Below, piece after piece: positions 9,940 to 17,758 of a stretch of DNA of 64,000 nt. Both the position numbers and the translations under genes were made by a program. How positions within the stretch are numbered: position 1 is the first letter of the stretch; every line of letters starts with the position of its first letter. The stretch lies in contig CAITGV010000001.1 of NCBI GenBank assembly GCA_903892035.1, positions 355,310 through 419,309 on the forward strand. The letters run 5' to 3'. Under the pieces are notes generated by a model that was given only the letters and a program-made list of their open reading frames with translations, was not told the origin of the DNA and searched no databases. The stretch comes from an uncultured bacterium (lineage in GTDB: Bacteria > Patescibacteriota > Minisyncoccia > Phycocordibacterales > UBA9973).

Positions 9940-10290
9940 ATGGAATATTGGATCAAGAGACTTTCTCATCCACTCCGAGGACTGAAATATGCCTTTACTC
10001 GCGATTTTGCTATTCAGTTTGAAACAATAGTTTTTGGAATTATTGGTTTACCACTCGTGTATTTTTTATTCAAACTTTCAGCCAAAGAATTACTTCTACT
10101 TATATTTTGTTGGTTTTTTATTGTTGTTACTGAAATTCAAAATTCGTCTATTGAAATAGCTCTTACCAAACTTCACCCAGAGAACGATGAGGCGATTGGA
10201 CGAAGCAAAGACCTTGCTTCGGCAGCTGTCGTGTGGGCATTTATATTCGGACTCATTTGTTTATTGTTTGTAATAAGTGGAAAAATTTAA
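9940..10290 (+). CDS. dgkA: diacylglycerol kinase family protein
   Basis: About 116 aa with three TM helices and a DgkA-like pattern (E..NS.IE, DLASAAVVWAF). Confidence 0.6.
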   Translation: MEYWIKRLSHPLRGLKYAFTRDFAIQFETIVFGIIGLPLVYFLFKLSAKELLLLIFCWFFIVVTEIQNSSIEIALTKLHPENDEAIGRSKDLASAAVVWAFIFGLICLLFVISGKI

Positions 10291-10325
10291 AAAAGTAGAA
10301 ATGCAAACAAGAGTTAGTTATCCAC

Positions 10326-10359
10326 AAATATCTTGTGAACATATGTTCACAAGATATTT
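10326..10359. promoter_or_regulatory. LexA box (perfect Cheo box GAACATATGTTC inside a 34-nt perfect palindrome)
   Basis: aaatatcttgtgaacatatgttcacaagatattt, lying 22 nt upstream of the ATG of the RhuM/Doc gene. Confidence 0.65.
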
Positions 10360-10380
10360 GTTTGGTGGTAAAATTAAAGT

Positions 10381-11379
10381 ATGAAAAAGAAAATCGTAGA
10401 AAAAAAGAATAATAAAAATGGTTTGGTAATCTATCAGGCAAAATCTGGAGCAATTGAGCTCCGGGGAGATATTAGTAAGGAGACTATTTGGGCGACACAA
10501 GCTCAAATTATAAAGTTATTTGGAATTGACCAATCTGTTGTGTCTAGACACATTAAAAATGTCTTTAAAGATAAGGAAATTGACCTAAGAAGCAATATGC
10601 AAAAAATGCATATTGCAAATTCAGACAAACCAGTGATTCTGTATTCATTAGATGTTATTCTTGCCGTTGGATATCGCACAAATTCAAAAACTGCTATTGA
10701 TTTTCGAAGATGGGCCACAAAGACTCTTAAAGAATATCTTGTTCAGGGATATGTTGTAAATGAAAAGCGTCTGCTTGAAGCCAAAGAGAATTTCAATAAA
10801 TTACAAAATACGATTGCATTTCTTAATGAAAAATCACACAAGGAATTACTTTCTGGGCAAGGTAAAGAGATTTTGGATTTGCTTGGTTCGTATGCCAAGA
10901 CACTCACATTGCTCGATGAGTATGATAGAGGCGAGCTCAGTTCCGCAAAAGGCACAAAAGGTAAATTTGTTATTTCATATGAACATTGTTTGGAAGTAAT
11001 TATCGAAGTCAGGAATGAACTTGCAAACAAAGGAGAAGCGAGTGAGCTTTTTGGTTGTGAGCGAGATGGTTCGTTTGGGGGAATTATCAAAGGGCTTTAT
11101 CAAACATTTGGTGGAAAGGAGTTATATTCAACTCTTGAAATAAAAGCTGCACATATCTTGTATTTGATTATAAAAGATCATCCTTTTTCTGATGGGAACA
11201 AAAGAATGGGTTCATTTCTCTTTGTGTATTTCTTAGACAAAAACAATGCTCTATATCGTGAACATGGTGAGAAGAAAATTAATGACAATGCGCTCGCTTC
11301 GCTCGCGCTTCTAATTGCCGAAAGCGATCCTAATGAAAAAGATCAAATGATTGCACTTATTACACAATTGTTGAAGTAA
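10381..11379 (+). CDS. RhuM-family / Fic-Doc domain protein (Doc-type motif HPFSDGNKR)
   Basis: The C-terminal motif HPFSDGNKR matches the Doc-subfamily signature Hx[FY]x[DN]GNKR. The N-terminal region resembles RhuM-like proteins. Confidence 0.6.
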   Translation: MKKKIVEKKNNKNGLVIYQAKSGAIELRGDISKETIWATQAQIIKLFGIDQSVVSRHIKNVFKDKEIDLRSNMQKMHIANSDKPVILYSLDVILAVGYRTNSKTAIDFRRWATKTLKEYLVQGYVVNEKRLLEAKENFNKLQNTIAFLNEKSHKELLSGQGKEILDLLGSYAKTLTLLDEYDRGELSSAKGTKGKFVISYEHCLEVIIEVRNELANKGEASELFGCERDGSFGGIIKGLYQTFGGKELYSTLEIKAAHILYLIIKDHPFSDGNKRMGSFLFVYFLDKNNALYREHGEKKINDNALASLALLIAESDPNEKDQMIALITQLLK

Positions 11380-11408
11380 TATTAACATCTAAATTAAAAA
11401 TTATATTT

Positions 11409-11900
11409 ATGAGTACTAAAAAAACATATTTGGCAGGAGGGTGTTTCTGGGGATTGGAAGAATTGATGCGAAGTCAGCCTGGGGTGAAAAATATTATCGC
11501 TGGTTACGCTGGTGGGACGAATGAAAATCCAACTTACGAAAATCATCCAGGTCATGCGGAAGCATTAGAGATTGAATACGATACAGAAGTCACAAGCTTT
11601 TGGAAACTTTTGGATTTCTTTTTTCAGATTCACAATCCAACGACAAAGAATCAACAGGGGAATGATATTGGTGATTCGTATCGAAGCGCGATTTTTTATC
11701 AAAACGATGAAGAATTGCAAAAAGCAAAGGATTTTATAAAAATCGTCAACGATTCAAAGCGTTGGGATGCTCCAGTGGTCACGACACTTGAGCCTTTTAC
11801 AAAGTTTTGGCCAGCAGAAGACTATCATCAAGACTATTTGCAAAGGAATCCTGGTGGCTACACCTGCCACGCAATTTATTTCGATAGTTATTTGGATTAA
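11409..11900 (+). CDS. msrA: peptide-methionine (S)-S-oxide reductase MsrA
   Basis: GCFWG active-site motif near the N-terminus, followed by the typical MsrA core. Confidence 0.85.
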   Translation: MSTKKTYLAGGCFWGLEELMRSQPGVKNIIAGYAGGTNENPTYENHPGHAEALEIEYDTEVTSFWKLLDFFFQIHNPTTKNQQGNDIGDSYRSAIFYQNDEELQKAKDFIKIVNDSKRWDAPVVTTLEPFTKFWPAEDYHQDYLQRNPGGYTCHAIYFDSYLD

Positions 11901-11943
11901 ATATTTCCGAAAATAAAATCACAAATTGTGATAATATCAGCTC

Positions 11944-12288
11944 ATGAGAGTCTGGGATATACATCCGAAACATTTGTGTAGAAAGCATTTGCTCGCCGAA
12001 CATCGTGAGCTTCATGGGCTTTGGAATATTTTGACGAAACATGGCGGAGTGGGTGGATATTCGAGACACCCAGAGACTTTGCGTTGGGTGGGCAAGACTC
12101 GTGCATTATATTTGCGTCACGAAATGCTCGTGCAAGAATTTATACGTCGTGGATACAAGCATCATACTCCACTTGATAAAAAGTTGGCAAAAGGTTCTGC
12201 GAATCAGAGTGTGTTTATAAACACCGCTCGTGAACAAAAAGAAATTTTGAAAAATAAAATGTGCGAATGTTTACTAGATATGCACTAA
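11944..12288 (+). CDS. pyrimidine-dimer DNA glycosylase-like protein (Pyr_excise-like)
   Basis: N-terminal MR.WDIHPK.L....LLAEHRELH pattern resembling the endonuclease V/denV-like family. Assigned by motif resemblance only. Confidence 0.4.
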   Translation: MRVWDIHPKHLCRKHLLAEHRELHGLWNILTKHGGVGGYSRHPETLRWVGKTRALYLRHEMLVQEFIRRGYKHHTPLDKKLAKGSANQSVFINTAREQKEILKNKMCECLLDMH

Positions 12289-12332
12289 GTGTTATCTTTT
12301 TATTAAATTCAAATTAAGTGTAGAATGGGTGA

Positions 12333-12557
12333 ATGACAGAACAAAAAAACAATCCACTACACGGAGTGACACTCGAATTTATTTTGAAATTTCTTGTGGA
12401 ACAATATGGCTTCGAGGAATTGGGGGAGAGGATAAGAATAAATTGTTTCGTGAGTGACCCGAGTATAAATTCTAGTTTGAAATTTCTACGCAAAACTCCT
12501 TGGGCACGCAAAAAGGTGGAGGATTTGTATTTGTATACTAAAAGAAAAATTGGTTAA
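12333..12557 (+). CDS. DUF2132 (VF530-like) small protein
   Basis: LHGVTLE.IL..LVE.YG.EELG pattern typical of DUF2132. Confidence 0.45.
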   Translation: MTEQKNNPLHGVTLEFILKFLVEQYGFEELGERIRINCFVSDPSINSSLKFLRKTPWARKKVEDLYLYTKRKIG

Positions 12558-12850
12558 GATTTCTTTAGAAATTCTGTTCGGAGAACAATGCCTTTCATTC
12601 CATTGATATTGCATTCGATCTGTTCTTCATTGTCTGTAAGGTGAATATTTTTTGCTTTCGCACCTCTTTTGATTACCGTCGAGCTACCTTTCAATTTTAA
12701 ATCTTTTATGACTATGACAGTGTCACCATCGGCTAAAATAGTGCCATTGCTATCTCTTGTAATTACTTTTTCGTCTTCTTCATTTTCATTGTTCATAAGT
12801 GGATTATATACTATATAGGGAAATAGGAGTAGGGTGATATAAAAAATCAT
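12554..12850 (-). CDS. PhnA-like protein (C-terminal domain type)
   Basis: DSNGT.LADGDTV.VIKDLK.KGSS..IKRG.K.KNI.L pattern of the PhnA C-terminal domain. Confidence 0.55.
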   Translation of the reverse strand: MIFYITLLLFPYIVYNPLMNNENEEDEKVITRDSNGTILADGDTVIVIKDLKLKGSSTVIKRGAKAKNIHLTDNEEQIECNINGMKGIVLRTEFLKKS

Positions 12851-12880
12851 ATCAATTTATAAAGTTTTCCACATATTGTT

Positions 12881-12910
12881 TTGACTGTGAACGACTGTTC
12901 ACGTTATAAT
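12881..12910 (+). promoter_or_regulatory. promoter with embedded LexA box (TTGACT-GTGAACGACTGTTCAC-TATAAT)
   Basis: -35 TTGACT at 12881-12886, GAAC-N4-GTTC at 12889-12900, -10 TATAAT at 12905-12910. Lies 7 nt before the ORF at 12917. Confidence 0.6.
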
Positions 12911-12916
12911 ATTTGA

Positions 12917-14026
12917 ATGACAAATATTTTTTCTAGAAATTTGTTTGGAATTTTTTTAATAATAATATTAACAATTATTTTTCCAACACAGAGTTTCGCT
13001 TCATATCATTTTTCAAATTTTCGTGGACGTCCACCGATTCATGTTTATAAAACTACCGGCAGTATTCCGATGGGTATGACACCAGCGATGATAAAAAATA
13101 TTTATATTTTACCCGCAAGTGGCGGACAGGGAACTATCGCTATCGTTGGTGCATACGATGATACAAGTATTGAAAAAGATTTGGTAGATTTTAGTAAGAC
13201 TTTTAATTTAACATCGTGTACTGTTTCAAATGGTTGTTTTGAAAAACATAAAATGTCTTCAAAAATAAAAGCTGATAGCAATTGGGCTCTTGAGACAACT
13301 CTCGATGTAGAGTGGGCTCACGCGATAGCACCACAGGCAAAAATCTTACTAGTCGAAGCGGTGACGCCATCGGGAGCTAACCTTTTGAATGCAGTAGATT
13401 ATGCATCAAAAAGAAATGATGTATCGGCAATATCGATGAGCTGGGGCGGAAGTGAATTTCCAGAAGAAGTAAATTTGGATCCACATTTTAAAAGTATTTC
13501 TGGTGCGAAGTATTTTGCTTCGTCGGGAGACAATGGCACGGGGGCGTCGTGGCCAGCTTCATCACCAGATGTTATTGCTGTCGGAGGTACGACACTTGTT
13601 TTAAATAGTAATGGAAATGTTTCAAAAGAAATTGCATGGTCTGGATCGGGTGGTGGCATATCTCAATATGAAAAAGCTCCAACGTATCAAAAAGATTATT
13701 CAATTTCAAAAAGTGGCGGCATGCGCGCAATTCCAGATGTGGCGTACGACGCAGATCCGAAATCTGGCTTTCCAATAATTCGTGGTGGGGTGTGGCGTAC
13801 TGTTGGTGGCACTTCAGCCGGTGCCCCACAATGGGCAGCAATTTCCACTCTTGGTTCGGGTGCAAGTAATGATAATTTTTATTCCGACAAAGCTGGTTCA
13901 AATAGTAGTTCTTATTTTCGTGATATTACAAGTGGAGCAAATGGCGATTGTGGCTACGTGTGCAATGCTCGTAAACATTATGATTTTGTGACAGGACTAG
14001 GGACTCCAAAGACTGTAAACTTTTAG
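12917..14026 (+). CDS. secreted S53/S8-like serine peptidase
   Basis: N-terminal signal/TM segment and a GGTSAGAP motif around the catalytic Ser (sedolisin/subtilisin-like). Confidence 0.5.
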   Translation: MTNIFSRNLFGIFLIIILTIIFPTQSFASYHFSNFRGRPPIHVYKTTGSIPMGMTPAMIKNIYILPASGGQGTIAIVGAYDDTSIEKDLVDFSKTFNLTSCTVSNGCFEKHKMSSKIKADSNWALETTLDVEWAHAIAPQAKILLVEAVTPSGANLLNAVDYASKRNDVSAISMSWGGSEFPEEVNLDPHFKSISGAKYFASSGDNGTGASWPASSPDVIAVGGTTLVLNSNGNVSKEIAWSGSGGGISQYEKAPTYQKDYSISKSGGMRAIPDVAYDADPKSGFPIIRGGVWRTVGGTSAGAPQWAAISTLGSGASNDNFYSDKAGSNSSSYFRDITSGANGDCGYVCNARKHYDFVTGLGTPKTVNF

Positions 14027-14219
14027 AGATAGCAAAATTTTGGTAGAAAAGATTTTATTAAAAAATCACGAATGGAAATCTTATTCAGCAAAGCGATTAC
14101 GTGGATCACAAATGGCAGAAAATTTAAAAATCTTGGAAGCAGAATATGATCAAATCTTAAAAAACAAATAAAAAAGGAATGCCACTAGTGCATCCCTTCT
14201 TTCTTTTTTTTGAGGAAGA

Positions 14220-14393
14220 CTATTTTTTTTCGTCTGGCTCAATTTCTTTTTTTTCGAAAAGTTCCTCGTGAGAGGTCTCTTCGTGGTTGATGATGACAAT
14301 TGCATCACCTGCCCTAACAGATACTGTTACAGTTCCATTAGGTTCTTTTGTGAAGTTGATACCCTGAGGGATCATTTTAATTTGTACTGACAT
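14220..14393 (-). CDS. small hypothetical protein (57 aa)
   Basis: An ORF not in the supplied track because it is under 60 aa (MSVQIKMIPQGINFTKEPNGTVTV...). Followed on its strand by an A/T-flanked hairpin at 14170-14215. Confidence 0.25.
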   Translation of the reverse strand: MSVQIKMIPQGINFTKEPNGTVTVSVRAGDAIVIINHEETSHEELFEKKEIEPDEKK

Positions 14394-14481
14394 ATTTTTT
14401 TTATTTAATTGTGAGCTAGTATTATAGCATTTTAAATATATAAAGTCAAGAAAAGCGGTGATGTGCTAAATAAGCTATAAT

Positions 14482-14883
14482 TTGCAAATGAAATTCAGAT
14501 GGAAGAGGGTTGTATTTCGAATACGAGTGAAGGGACCAAAAAAATTGTTGGGGCATTTGAGAGTGAAGGATTACAGGGAAAACAAGGAGGCCGCGCGAGG
14601 GAGGGCCCTCGCGCGGCTTTCGCATTTCAATCAATTTTACAATCTAAAAGTTGGCAAGGTTTTCATTCGTAATCAAAAGTCACGATGGGGAAGTTGCTCA
14701 AGCAAAGGCAATTTGAATTTCAATTATAAAATTGCAATGCTTCCGAGCGAACTTTCGGACTACATCATAGTCCACGAACTTTGCCACCTCGCACAAATGA
14801 ATCACTCAAAAAATTTCTGGTCCCTAGTAGAACAACAAATTCCAAATTACAAAAATCTCCGCGCTGAACTTAAGAAATATTGA
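14482..14883 (+). CDS. DUF45/YgjP-like zinc metallohydrolase, N-terminally short or truncated
   Basis: The C-terminal half of the DUF45 family, including an HExxH motif (HELCHL) and the RWGSCS segment. The usual roughly 100-aa N-terminal part is missing. Confidence 0.5.
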   Translation: MQMKFRWKRVVFRIRVKGPKKLLGHLRVKDYRENKEAARGRALARLSHFNQFYNLKVGKVFIRNQKSRWGSCSSKGNLNFNYKIAMLPSELSDYIIVHELCHLAQMNHSKNFWSLVEQQIPNYKNLRAELKKY

Positions 14884-14887
14884 TCAC

Positions 14888-14917
14888 TTGCATTGTGAAC
14901 AATCGTTCACGTATAAT
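14888..14917 (+). promoter_or_regulatory. promoter with embedded LexA box upstream of dinB
   Basis: -35 TTGCAT, GAACAATCGTTC at 14897-14908, -10 TATAAT at 14912-14917. Confidence 0.65.
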
Positions 14918-14923
14918 GTAGGA

Positions 14924-16180
14924 ATGAATGAAGAGGGAATAGAGAAAAAGCAAAAAGAGAGAATATTTTTTCATATGGATGGTGATGCATTTTTTGTCGG
15001 TGTAGAAATAGCTAAGAATCCAAAATTGAAAGGCTTGCCCGTGGTGACCGGAGAAGAGCGGGGAATTGTCTCTGCACTTTCGTATGAAGCCAAAGCGCTC
15101 GGCATCACACGAGGAATGCCAGTTTTTCGTCTAAAAAAAGAATTTCCAAATGTAATAATTCTTGCCGGAGATTATAAATCATACGCAGAGTATTCGAGTA
15201 GGATGTTTGAAATAGTTCGTCGATATGCGGATGATGTAGAAGAGTACAGCATCGATGAATGTTTTGCCGACCTCACAGGGCTTGATTCGACTTTGTATAT
15301 GAGCTATTTGCAAATTGCACAGAGAATAAAAAAAGAAGTAAATAGTGAACTTGGACTTTCTGTTTCAGTCGGTCTTGCACCGACAAAAGTTCTCGCTAAG
15401 GTTGCTTCGAAATGGGTCAAGCCTGATGGGTTGACGGAAATACGAAAAGAAAATGCCCCAAATTTTTTGTCGAAAACGCCAATAGAAAAAATTTGGGGCC
15501 TTGGTCTGCAAACTTCAACTTTCTTAAAAATAAAAAAAGTTTTTACAGCATTGGATTTTATAAATAAAGATTTGTCTTGGGTGAAAAGAAATTTATCTGC
15601 TCCATATGAGACTATATGGTACGAACTTCGGGGGATTAGGATAATGAGCATTAATCCAGAGCTGAAAATAATTTATTCATCAATACAAAAGACGCGAAGT
15701 TTCCACCCCTCGACAAACGAGAAAAATTTTCTTTTCTCTGAACTCTCAAAACATATTGAAGATGCGTGTAGAAAGGCTCGCCACTACCACCTTGTGCCAA
15801 AAAAAATTTCATTTTTTCTTAAAACAACAAATTTTAAATTCATAACTTTTTCACAAAAAATTTTAATACCAGCAAATTCTCCTGAAGATTATATTTCACT
15901 CGCATATGTGTGGCTCAAAAATTTAGAAAAAACAAAAACACTTTACCGCACGACCGGTGTGACCTTGCACGACTTAGCGTACGATACATTTACGCAAGCA
16001 GATTTATTTGGTCACGGAGAAAAAATTGATAAATTGAAAATAATACACAAACAAATTGATAAATTGGAAAATAAACTTGGTAAAAGATTTGTGCATCTAG
16101 GTTCAAGCCACAAATCACTTTCACGCGAAATGCTTGGCACTGAGCCAGACGAAATAGATCGAAATTTATTATTTTTATAA
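14924..16180 (+). CDS. dinB: DNA polymerase IV (Y-family)
   Basis: Signature FFHMDGDAFFVGVE near the N-terminus, plus SIDECFADLTG. Length and order fit DinB. The start is uncertain: the ORF begins at 14888 with TTG, and the first ATG is at 14924. Confidence 0.8.
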   Translation: MNEEGIEKKQKERIFFHMDGDAFFVGVEIAKNPKLKGLPVVTGEERGIVSALSYEAKALGITRGMPVFRLKKEFPNVIILAGDYKSYAEYSSRMFEIVRRYADDVEEYSIDECFADLTGLDSTLYMSYLQIAQRIKKEVNSELGLSVSVGLAPTKVLAKVASKWVKPDGLTEIRKENAPNFLSKTPIEKIWGLGLQTSTFLKIKKVFTALDFINKDLSWVKRNLSAPYETIWYELRGIRIMSINPELKIIYSSIQKTRSFHPSTNEKNFLFSELSKHIEDACRKARHYHLVPKKISFFLKTTNFKFITFSQKILIPANSPEDYISLAYVWLKNLEKTKTLYRTTGVTLHDLAYDTFTQADLFGHGEKIDKLKIIHKQIDKLENKLGKRFVHLGSSHKSLSREMLGTEPDEIDRNLLFL

Positions 16181-16324
16181 AACAGGTTCTCCGCGAATGA
16201 TTCTTACCAGTATCATAATTATGGCAAGAACCAAAAGAATGTGAATTAGTCCACCAAGGGTAAAAGCTGTCACCATTCCTAAAAGCCAAAGAGTTATTAA
16301 AATGAGTGCAATTGTGAATAACAT
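16175..16324 (-). CDS. Lmo0937-family small membrane protein (49 aa)
   Basis: MLFTIALILITLWLLGMVTAFTLGGLIHILLVLAIIMILVRIIRGEPVL matches the known WLLG...GGLIH.LLV small-protein family. Not in the ORF track because it is under 60 aa. Confidence 0.45.
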   Translation of the reverse strand: MLFTIALILITLWLLGMVTAFTLGGLIHILLVLAIIMILVRIIRGEPVL

Positions 16325-16421
16325 AGATATTTATAATTAAGTTAATAATATTACTTACAATATAAATGCCGTAAGATAACTAAATATATTACAAAATAAA
16401 TAGTTATCCACAGTATTTTTC

Positions 16422-16450
16422 TTGACTGTGAACATGCGTTCACATATAAT
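16422..16450 (+). promoter_or_regulatory. promoter with embedded LexA box upstream of the lexA operon
   Basis: -35 TTGACT at 16422-16427, GAACATGCGTTC at 16430-16441, -10 TATAAT at 16445-16450. Confidence 0.7.
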
Positions 16451-16488
16451 AGAAAGGTAAGAGATTAAAAGTTTAATTATTAAAATAT

Positions 16489-16683
16489 ATGTCAAAAGAT
16501 CAATATATAGTCGCCCTTGAGCGCGAACTCACAAAGCTCAACAAACAAATTGATTTAAAAATAATTCGAGGGGAGAATTATTCATTCGAATCTCGCAAGC
16601 ACAAAATGCTAAAAGAGATTTCAAAGAAATATAAAAAGCCCACTTTCTTTGCACATATATTTCCAATGATGTTAAAATACTAA
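16489..16683 (+). CDS. small hypothetical protein co-transcribed with lexA
   Basis: 64-aa ORF between the LexA-box promoter and lexA. Its stop lies 1 nt from the lexA start. Confidence 0.35.
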   Translation: MSKDQYIVALERELTKLNKQIDLKIIRGENYSFESRKHKMLKEISKKYKKPTFFAHIFPMMLKY

Positions 16684-16684
16684 T

Positions 16685-17251
16685 ATGAAAAACGAATACC
16701 AAAATAAAATTGAAAACTTCCATTCGCGACAGAAAAGAATGCCTACGTACTCCGAAATGATGAAGCTCTTTGGTTTCAAATCTAAAAATGCAGTTTACAG
16801 GGTAGTTGAGAAGCTTATGGATGCAGGGCTAGTGGCAAAAGACCACCTTGGTCGCCTGGTGCCAACAAAAAGTTTTGGAGAGATTCCTATGCTCGGTTCT
16901 GTGACTGCGGGATTCCCAGCAACAGTCGAAGAAGAGCGACATGAGACGATGAATATCGACGATTATCTTGTTGAAAAAAAGGATTCTACATATATGCTTG
17001 AAGTTGATGGTGACTCTATGATCGATGCTCATATTGAAGATGGAGATATGGTCCTAGTCGAACGCACAGACAAAGCCAAAGATGGGCAGATAGTCATAGC
17101 ATATATCGATGGGGAATTTACAATGAAATATTTCCGTAAAAATGCTGACGACGTCTGGCTTGAACCTGCAAATAAAAAATATAAAAACATTTACCCAAAG
17201 CATGACCTTCAGATCACTGCGGTGGTAAAGGCTGTCATACGCAAATACTAG
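16685..17251 (+). CDS. lexA: LexA repressor (S24 peptidase)
   Basis: N-terminal wHTH, an Ala-Gly cleavage site (VTAGFP), and the Ser and Lys catalytic residues in VDGDSM...K context. Confidence 0.85.
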   Translation: MKNEYQNKIENFHSRQKRMPTYSEMMKLFGFKSKNAVYRVVEKLMDAGLVAKDHLGRLVPTKSFGEIPMLGSVTAGFPATVEEERHETMNIDDYLVEKKDSTYMLEVDGDSMIDAHIEDGDMVLVERTDKAKDGQIVIAYIDGEFTMKYFRKNADDVWLEPANKKYKNIYPKHDLQITAVVKAVIRKY

Positions 17252-17335
17252 TCTATTGACAAAAAATCTCCTACATGCTATGGTGTGTGGGATATTTTTT
17301 GTATGTAATTTAATAAACCCAAAATTTTAGAAACT

Positions 17336-17668
17336 ATGGCTAATGAATTAATGTTTAGAAACACCGGGCTTGATTTGCGTCACGTCCATTTTCTTTTTAT
17401 GATTGCCTTTGAGCAAGAAATGTCTCAGAAATGGCAATTTAAAAGAAGGGAAATCAAAAAAGTGAATGCATTTAATTTAAATGTGAGTTCATTTTGTTTT
17501 AATTTTATAACTAATTGTGACATTCAAGTTGAAGGAACTATTACAGTTCTTGAGGATGATGCAATGTTGCGCTACACAGTGCGTGAAAGTACTGTAAGTC
17601 TAGTTATAAATTTAGAACTTTCTGAAATTTTGTCTGAACTGGAAAATCGAGTTCGTGAAATATTTTAG
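17336..17668 (+). CDS. hypothetical protein
   Basis: 110-aa ORF preceded by a TTGACA-17-TATGGT promoter-like site at 17258-17286. Confidence 0.25.
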   Translation: MANELMFRNTGLDLRHVHFLFMIAFEQEMSQKWQFKRREIKKVNAFNLNVSSFCFNFITNCDIQVEGTITVLEDDAMLRYTVRESTVSLVINLELSEILSELENRVREIF

Positions 17669-17758
17669 AAATCAAAAATTTAAAAAATGTCCTTACTGGC
17701 TAGCGTTGGTAAGGATTATTTTTTTGCTTGAAATACAGCTTTAAAAACCTACTATTTC

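Noticed and set aside
14888-14923. TTG start at 14888 for dinB (track) and TTG start at 44868 for the transposase
   Set aside because: Both TTG codons lie inside regulatory or repeat sequence (a LexA box and a REP hairpin respectively). Downstream ATG codons at 14924 and 44898 are more plausible starts.
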